From Escherichia phage EAWsc9: DNA of 64,000 bases. The notes under the pieces are model-generated. The model searched no databases. It was not told where the DNA came from and saw only the letters and a program-made list of their open reading frames with translations. Location of the stretch: the sequence record PQ341120.1. One strand, 5' to 3'. The position numbers and the translations under genes were made by a program. Of the stretch, positions 60,040 to 64,000 are shown piece by piece. How positions within the stretch are numbered: position 1 is the first letter of the stretch; each line of letters begins with the position of its first letter.

Positions 60040-60408
60040 TTAACCTCGCTTCATGAAAGCATTAAAAATCTGGTCATCAATATCAGTAGGCGGTTCTTGA
60101 GATTTAACCCAGCCAGCATCCAGAATGTCATTTGCTTCAGTAGATAGCATGACCCCAATTTCAGGATTTCCGGTTATCCACGCTGCACAATCGCGTACAT
60201 TCTTTTTATCAAATGGATAGCCACGAGTATCTTCATAAGGCCCATTCATTACCATAAATGAGCGAGCCTTTATGATAACGCCATCTTTAACAATAATATA
60301 ACCAATCGCCTGATTATAACGAGGCTCGCGGAATTCATAATGAGCATTACCATCATTATTTTTAACTAATTCAAAATTCAGATAAGACAAATCGCTTTGA
60401 ATATACAT
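60040..60408 (-). CDS. hypothetical protein, 122 aa; C-terminus paralogous to the next gene
   Basis: shared C-terminal DDQIFNAFMKR and about 45 bp of near-identical 3' DNA. Confidence 0.55.
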   Translation of the reverse strand: MYIQSDLSYLNFELVKNNDGNAHYEFREPRYNQAIGYIIVKDGVIIKARSFMVMNGPYEDTRGYPFDKKNVRDCAAWITGNPEIGVMLSTEANDILDAGWVKSQEPPTDIDDQIFNAFMKRG

Positions 60409-60409
60409 A

Positions 60410-60847
60410 TTAATCTCGCTTCATAAAGGCATTAAAAATTTGGTCGTCAACTGAATATACAGGGGTTTCTAGAAGTTTCAAAAGACTGTTTTTAATGTAC
60501 TTACCCGGGATACCCATATTAACAATACTGTCATTCAATTCATTGTTAGGATTGATGTCTTTAAATTCAAACCCATCAAACTCAACCTTGTCAGGAATAC
60601 CATCAGCGAAAAAATAAACCAATTGGTGCATTGTATTGCGCGAAAATAATTTAGACTTGACTGCAATAAGTTCTTGCCAATGGTTTAATTCTTTGTTAAT
60701 AAGCTTATGAGCAAACGTAATTCTATCATCACTATCAACAAGAAAATAACCCAGGTATTGAATTTCGTCGCTCCAAAACACCCGGTATGCCTGTGCATTT
60801 GGATTTTTACAGCGAAGTTTTTTGATAACTAAATTTCTGTTAATCAT
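60410..60847 (-). CDS. hypothetical protein, about 146 aa (track ORF 60410..60934 trimmed)
   Basis: GGTGA SD; same C-terminal motif as the previous ORF. Confidence 0.55.
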   Translation of the reverse strand: MINRNLVIKKLRCKNPNAQAYRVFWSDEIQYLGYFLVDSDDRITFAHKLINKELNHWQELIAVKSKLFSRNTMHQLVYFFADGIPDKVEFDGFEFKDINPNNELNDSIVNMGIPGKYIKNSLLKLLETPVYSVDDQIFNAFMKRD

Positions 60848-60848
60848 T

Positions 60849-61142
60849 TTATTCACCTGTAACCCATTGAACAATTTTGCTATTGTCAAATGAAGCATCG
60901 CAATACAGAACATAGTTATACTGCATAACGTCACCAGAAGTCAATTTGTCAGATACTTCTTTAACCATATCAGGGCGGTCACGTTTAGTTATGTTCATAA
61001 TATCAGCATAAATCTGATGTTCAACATCAGTCTGGTCAGCAGTCATAGACCACTCACAAAGGTCTTTATCAAGTCCAGCAGTAACTGGAGCTGTACCACA
61101 TGATGCTACGGTAAGAATTGCTGCAATTAATAACTTTTTCAT
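60849..61142 (-). CDS. sp: Spackle-like periplasmic protein (superinfection exclusion / lysozyme inhibitor)
   Basis: 97 aa with signal peptide; DKDLCEWSMTADQT motif as remembered for T4 Sp; same length. Confidence 0.7.
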   Translation of the reverse strand: MKKLLIAAILTVASCGTAPVTAGLDKDLCEWSMTADQTDVEHQIYADIMNITKRDRPDMVKEVSDKLTSGDVMQYNYVLYCDASFDNSKIVQWVTGE

Positions 61143-61164
61143 TTCAATCTCCTCAGTAGTTGAT

Positions 61165-61200
61165 AGGGATAATATACTGCATTATCCCTTTGATGTACAC
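61165..61200 (-). promoter_or_regulatory. T4-type early promoter with -10 inside inverted repeat GGGATAAT...ATTATCCC
   Basis: minus-sense GTGTACATC ... GCAGTATATTAT. Confidence 0.5.
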
Positions 61201-61542
61201 TTATTTTTCACCTTCAACTGAAAAACCGGTCAAGTTGTAATATTCAGCACGTGCAATATGAAGAGCTGCTTCAATATCAGTAAGGCAGATTTCTTCATTT
61301 AACAGTTGCGCTTCAACGGTCAAAATCAGATTACGCAATGCGGTACCCTTACGCATGTCTACTTTATGAATTAGCTTGTCATCAACAAAAGCTTCAACCA
61401 GCGCATTATAGTTATCAGCAGTCTTCTGGACATACCAGTGAATACCTGCGGGGTGGAACATGCTAGAACGTTCAAAAGATGGTACACCAACAGCACTCAC
61501 TTTGATTGTTACTTTTACGCGGTCTTCTGGATTAAAAGCCAT
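61201..61542 (-). CDS. 113-aa protein containing a Dmd-like segment (dmd paralogue)
   Basis: YNALVEAFVDDKLIHKVDMR vs Dmd NNALVKAFVNDNKVFEYDYR. Confidence 0.6.
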   Translation of the reverse strand: MAFNPEDRVKVTIKVSAVGVPSFERSSMFHPAGIHWYVQKTADNYNALVEAFVDDKLIHKVDMRKGTALRNLILTVEAQLLNEEICLTDIEAALHIARAEYYNLTGFSVEGEK

Positions 61543-61755
61543 TTAGATTTCCTCAGATAAGTGGATACGATAATCATATTCAAAAACTTTATTGTCATTA
61601 ACAAAGGCTTTCACCAGCGCATTATTCACTTCTGCATACTGCACTGTAACCCATTCAATCATATTTTGGTCACTAACATCTAGTGCAGTTTCTTTGGTAA
61701 ACATATTACCATTTTCAAACCAACCAATAAACACTACTTTCTCTAATTTATGCAT
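61543..61755 (-). CDS. dmd: Dmd antitoxin-like protein (inhibitor of host RnlA/LsoA-type RNase toxins)
   Basis: 70 aa; KVVFIGWFENGNMFTKE and YAEVNNALVKAFVND resemble remembered T4 Dmd; adjacent to gene 41. Confidence 0.7.
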   Translation of the reverse strand: MHKLEKVVFIGWFENGNMFTKETALDVSDQNMIEWVTVQYAEVNNALVKAFVNDNKVFEYDYRIHLSEEI

Positions 61756-62073
61756 TTAGATTTCCTCACAGAAGGCCCATTCGGCGTGATAAACTGTTGC
61801 GCCTTTAGTATCATTTAAACAAACCACGTCAACAGGTGCAATCACACGATAAAGACGGGGTTCTCCTCCATATGAGCGAGCTGCTCTTCCTGCATAGATA
61901 CGGGCCAAACCAATATCTTCAGTAAAAAACACACGCCCTAAATTTTTCTTGCGCCCAACTTCTGACAGAACACCAGTTGCATCAGGAGGGCAAAGCATAT
62001 TTTGGATTCCAGCATTAGAGCTTGAGCCATGATAATAAACTTTGTATTCCGCCTTGCAATCAATAGTTTTCAT
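61756..62073 (-). CDS. 105-aa protein with ADP-ribosyltransferase-fold-like motifs (YHGS ... aromatic-x10-Tyr)
   Basis: KVYYHGSS and VFFTEDIGLARIYAGRA resemble the H-G-S/T and Y-x10-Y elements of PARP/Tpt1/DUF952-type proteins. Confidence 0.55.
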   Translation of the reverse strand: MKTIDCKAEYKVYYHGSSSNAGIQNMLCPPDATGVLSEVGRKKNLGRVFFTEDIGLARIYAGRAARSYGGEPRLYRVIAPVDVVCLNDTKGATVYHAEWAFCEEI

Positions 62074-62114
62074 TTTATTCTCCAGTAGTTGATAGGGTCA
62101 TTATAACATAAGAA

Positions 62115-62135
62115 AAAGGGGCTGTAAGCCCCTTT
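62115..62135 (-). terminator. rho-independent terminator after gene 41, overlapping the next promoter
   Basis: GGGGC-TTACA-GCCCC plus T-run in minus sense. Confidence 0.65.
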
Positions 62136-62144
62136 TAAAATATT

Positions 62145-63584
62145 TTAAAATTTCATTTGAGCAGCAAGGTCGTCCAGGTCGCTCCTGTTGACCCTGGTTT
62201 GTCGATTCATTTCAGCCTGGCGATTCATCTCACCGGTGGCTTCTTTAACCGTAGGGCCTTGTTTAGGAGCCGAATCATCATCAACCTCATACCAGCGCTG
62301 ATTACCTTTCTTAACACCCATCTTGAATTTATTATAGTAGTTTTTATCGCCGTAACGAGACTTAAGCTGTTTGATTAACTGCAGTCCCATTTGAGCGAAT
62401 TCTTCGGTCTCAACAACACCTAACATAAAGTCAGCTGTGTGAGCAATACCAAAGGATTCTGCAATGTCAGCCATATCAATCTCAGCTGCAACGTTCGCGC
62501 CTCTGGTCGTCTGTGCTGCAGTCCACAGGACCACATTTTTCTCGACTGCCAGCCCACGAAGTTCTTCTGCAACCATCTTAATCAGACCGTAACTGTTTTC
62601 GGTAAACGTTTTCAGTCTTGAGCTTGCACAGATTGCCAGGTAGTCAACAATAATCACATCCGGTACAAACCCTTGCTTCAGTTTGTATTCGTTCAGTAAT
62701 GCACGGAAAGTATCCGCATGAGCACCACCAGTTGGATATTGTTTTATCTTCAGAGTCCCAAGAGTCCCAGAAGCACGCCATTTTTCCATCTTAGCTTTAT
62801 ATTCTGCCCATGATATATGACCTTCATCAATATCATCCAGAGACACATCCAGCAAGTTGGCATCAATACGTTTGGCACATACTTCTTCGGCCATTTCCAT
62901 GCTTATATAAAGAACGTTATGACCAGTCTGAAGATAGTCAGCCGCTAACGAACAAAGTCCAAGGGATTTCCCGACGTTGGTCCCGGCCAGTAAAACGTTC
63001 TCTGTGCCGTACTCAACTCCACCTTTCGTAATTTTATTCAGGATGTTAATGCGGAACGGAACTTTCTTCGATTTGTTCAGATAAGTCTGGAATCGAGCCT
63101 CGTAATCGTTTAACCAGTCATGGCCAAGGGCAGAATCAAAACAGATGGACAATGCATCACGCATAATGTCAGGGATAGCACCGATATCCGGGATTCGTTT
63201 ATCACGCTTATCTTTCGGAAGTTCAGCATTACTCTGGATTTCGATAATCCTGGATGTGGCATTGAACATCGCAGACTTCTGTACATACTTCTCGGTTTCT
63301 CTGACCAACCATTCCTGGTCTTCTGGAGTATCGGCCAGGACTCCTAAGAGTTTCTTTGTGCCTTCATATTCGACCTCAGAAAGGTCAGAACTGTCGAGCG
63401 CAATATCAAGTGCAGTTTTAGTTGGTACCGCTTGATATTCTTTTACATGTTCGTTAATCGTATTAAAAAGGGTCTTCGCTGGACCCTTTTCAAAATATGT
63501 GCTATTCAGATATGGCCAGACTTTAACAAAATATTCCTTGTTAAAGAGTAGCTGGGATAAAATAGTTTCTACCACTTCCACCAC
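62145..63584 (-). CDS. 41: replicative DNA helicase gp41 (DnaB-like)
   Basis: 479 aa; Walker A GTNVGKS and DnaB-family blocks; same size and position as T4 gp41. Confidence 0.93.
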   Translation of the reverse strand: MVEVVETILSQLLFNKEYFVKVWPYLNSTYFEKGPAKTLFNTINEHVKEYQAVPTKTALDIALDSSDLSEVEYEGTKKLLGVLADTPEDQEWLVRETEKYVQKSAMFNATSRIIEIQSNAELPKDKRDKRIPDIGAIPDIMRDALSICFDSALGHDWLNDYEARFQTYLNKSKKVPFRINILNKITKGGVEYGTENVLLAGTNVGKSLGLCSLAADYLQTGHNVLYISMEMAEEVCAKRIDANLLDVSLDDIDEGHISWAEYKAKMEKWRASGTLGTLKIKQYPTGGAHADTFRALLNEYKLKQGFVPDVIIVDYLAICASSRLKTFTENSYGLIKMVAEELRGLAVEKNVVLWTAAQTTRGANVAAEIDMADIAESFGIAHTADFMLGVVETEEFAQMGLQLIKQLKSRYGDKNYYNKFKMGVKKGNQRWYEVDDDSAPKQGPTVKEATGEMNRQAEMNRQTRVNRSDLDDLAAQMKF

Positions 63585-63910
63585 CTCTTTTTCATTTTAA
63601 TCTTATCAATTTCATCTTGTATTTGCATTGTAACACACTTTTCTACATGCACTGCAAGCTCCGCTTTGCGGTCTTCAGAAGGGGTGCCGAAATCAACTGA
63701 AACTTTTCCAGATGGTTCAATTTTAATTCCGGTTACGTACACGATGTGATTGGACCCATCGGGGAGTGATAACAGAATTTCCTGCCGTACAGTTCCCATG
63801 GATTGCCGGATAATCTCCAAACTTTTTTCGTAGTAAGGCACAGAAGGAGCCTTAGCTCCCTCCGCATCTTTCTCGAAATTATCTAAATCAGATAAATCGA
63901 TATCATTCAT
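63569..63910 (-). CDS. 40: gp40 head vertex assembly protein (by position and size)
   Basis: 113 aa from ATG (track begins at a TTG); between 41 and uvsX. Confidence 0.6.
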   Translation of the reverse strand: MNDIDLSDLDNFEKDAEGAKAPSVPYYEKSLEIIRQSMGTVRQEILLSLPDGSNHIVYVTGIKIEPSGKVSVDFGTPSEDRKAELAVHVEKCVTMQIQDEIDKIKMKKRWWKW

Positions 63911-64000
63911 CAAGGTCTTCCATCATATCTAAATCGTTTTCGATATCTGCTGCAGATGGTTTTGCCTTACCTTCAGGAGCAGAGTATTTTTCAACCTTGG
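63903..64000 (-). CDS. uvsX: 3' end of an upstream gene, probably uvsX (acidic C-terminal tail); gene starts beyond the window end
   Basis: open frame ending ...DIENDLDMMEDLDE, stop overlapping the gene 40 ATG; assignment by synteny. Confidence 0.4.
   Translation of the reverse strand, partial: KVEKYSAPEGKAKPSAADIENDLDMMEDLDE

Overview
The window is a contiguous 64-kb segment of a T4-like (T-even, Tevenvirinae-type) phage genome, densely packed and collinear with the phage T4 map. Most genes run on the minus strand, in the order (high to low coordinate) uvsX(partial)-40-41-dmd-sp-61-56-soc-modB/modA-dda-dexA-39-rIIA-rIIB-denB-ndd-52-motA-asiA, then the plus-strand late block 34-35-36-37-38-t, then rnh-dsbA-33-59-32-frd-td-nrdA-nrdB-denA-rnlA(63)-alc-spanins-pseT-cd-31-rIII. 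Gene identities rest on reading the translated ORFs against remembered T4 proteins and on synteny; no database search was run. The six-frame track allows TTG/GTG starts and takes the longest ORF, so many 5' ends were trimmed here to the first ATG with a Shine-Dalgarno; hand-derived coordinates may be off by 1-2 nt. Differences from T4 as I recall it: td and nrdB are uninterrupted (no introns or homing endonucleases), gene 39 is one fused ORF, gp37 ends in an intramolecular-chaperone-like domain and gp38 is a glycine-rich adhesin (T2/T6-type), and the 56-61 interval is too short to hold dam. The most interesting accessory features are a small ART-fold-like ORF next to dmd, a tandemly duplicated small-membrane-protein cassette between 52 and ndd, a perfect 69-bp in-frame duplication, a 395-bp ORF-free GC-rich region beside rIII, and early promoters whose -10 element sits in the loop of inverted repeats with compensatory changes.
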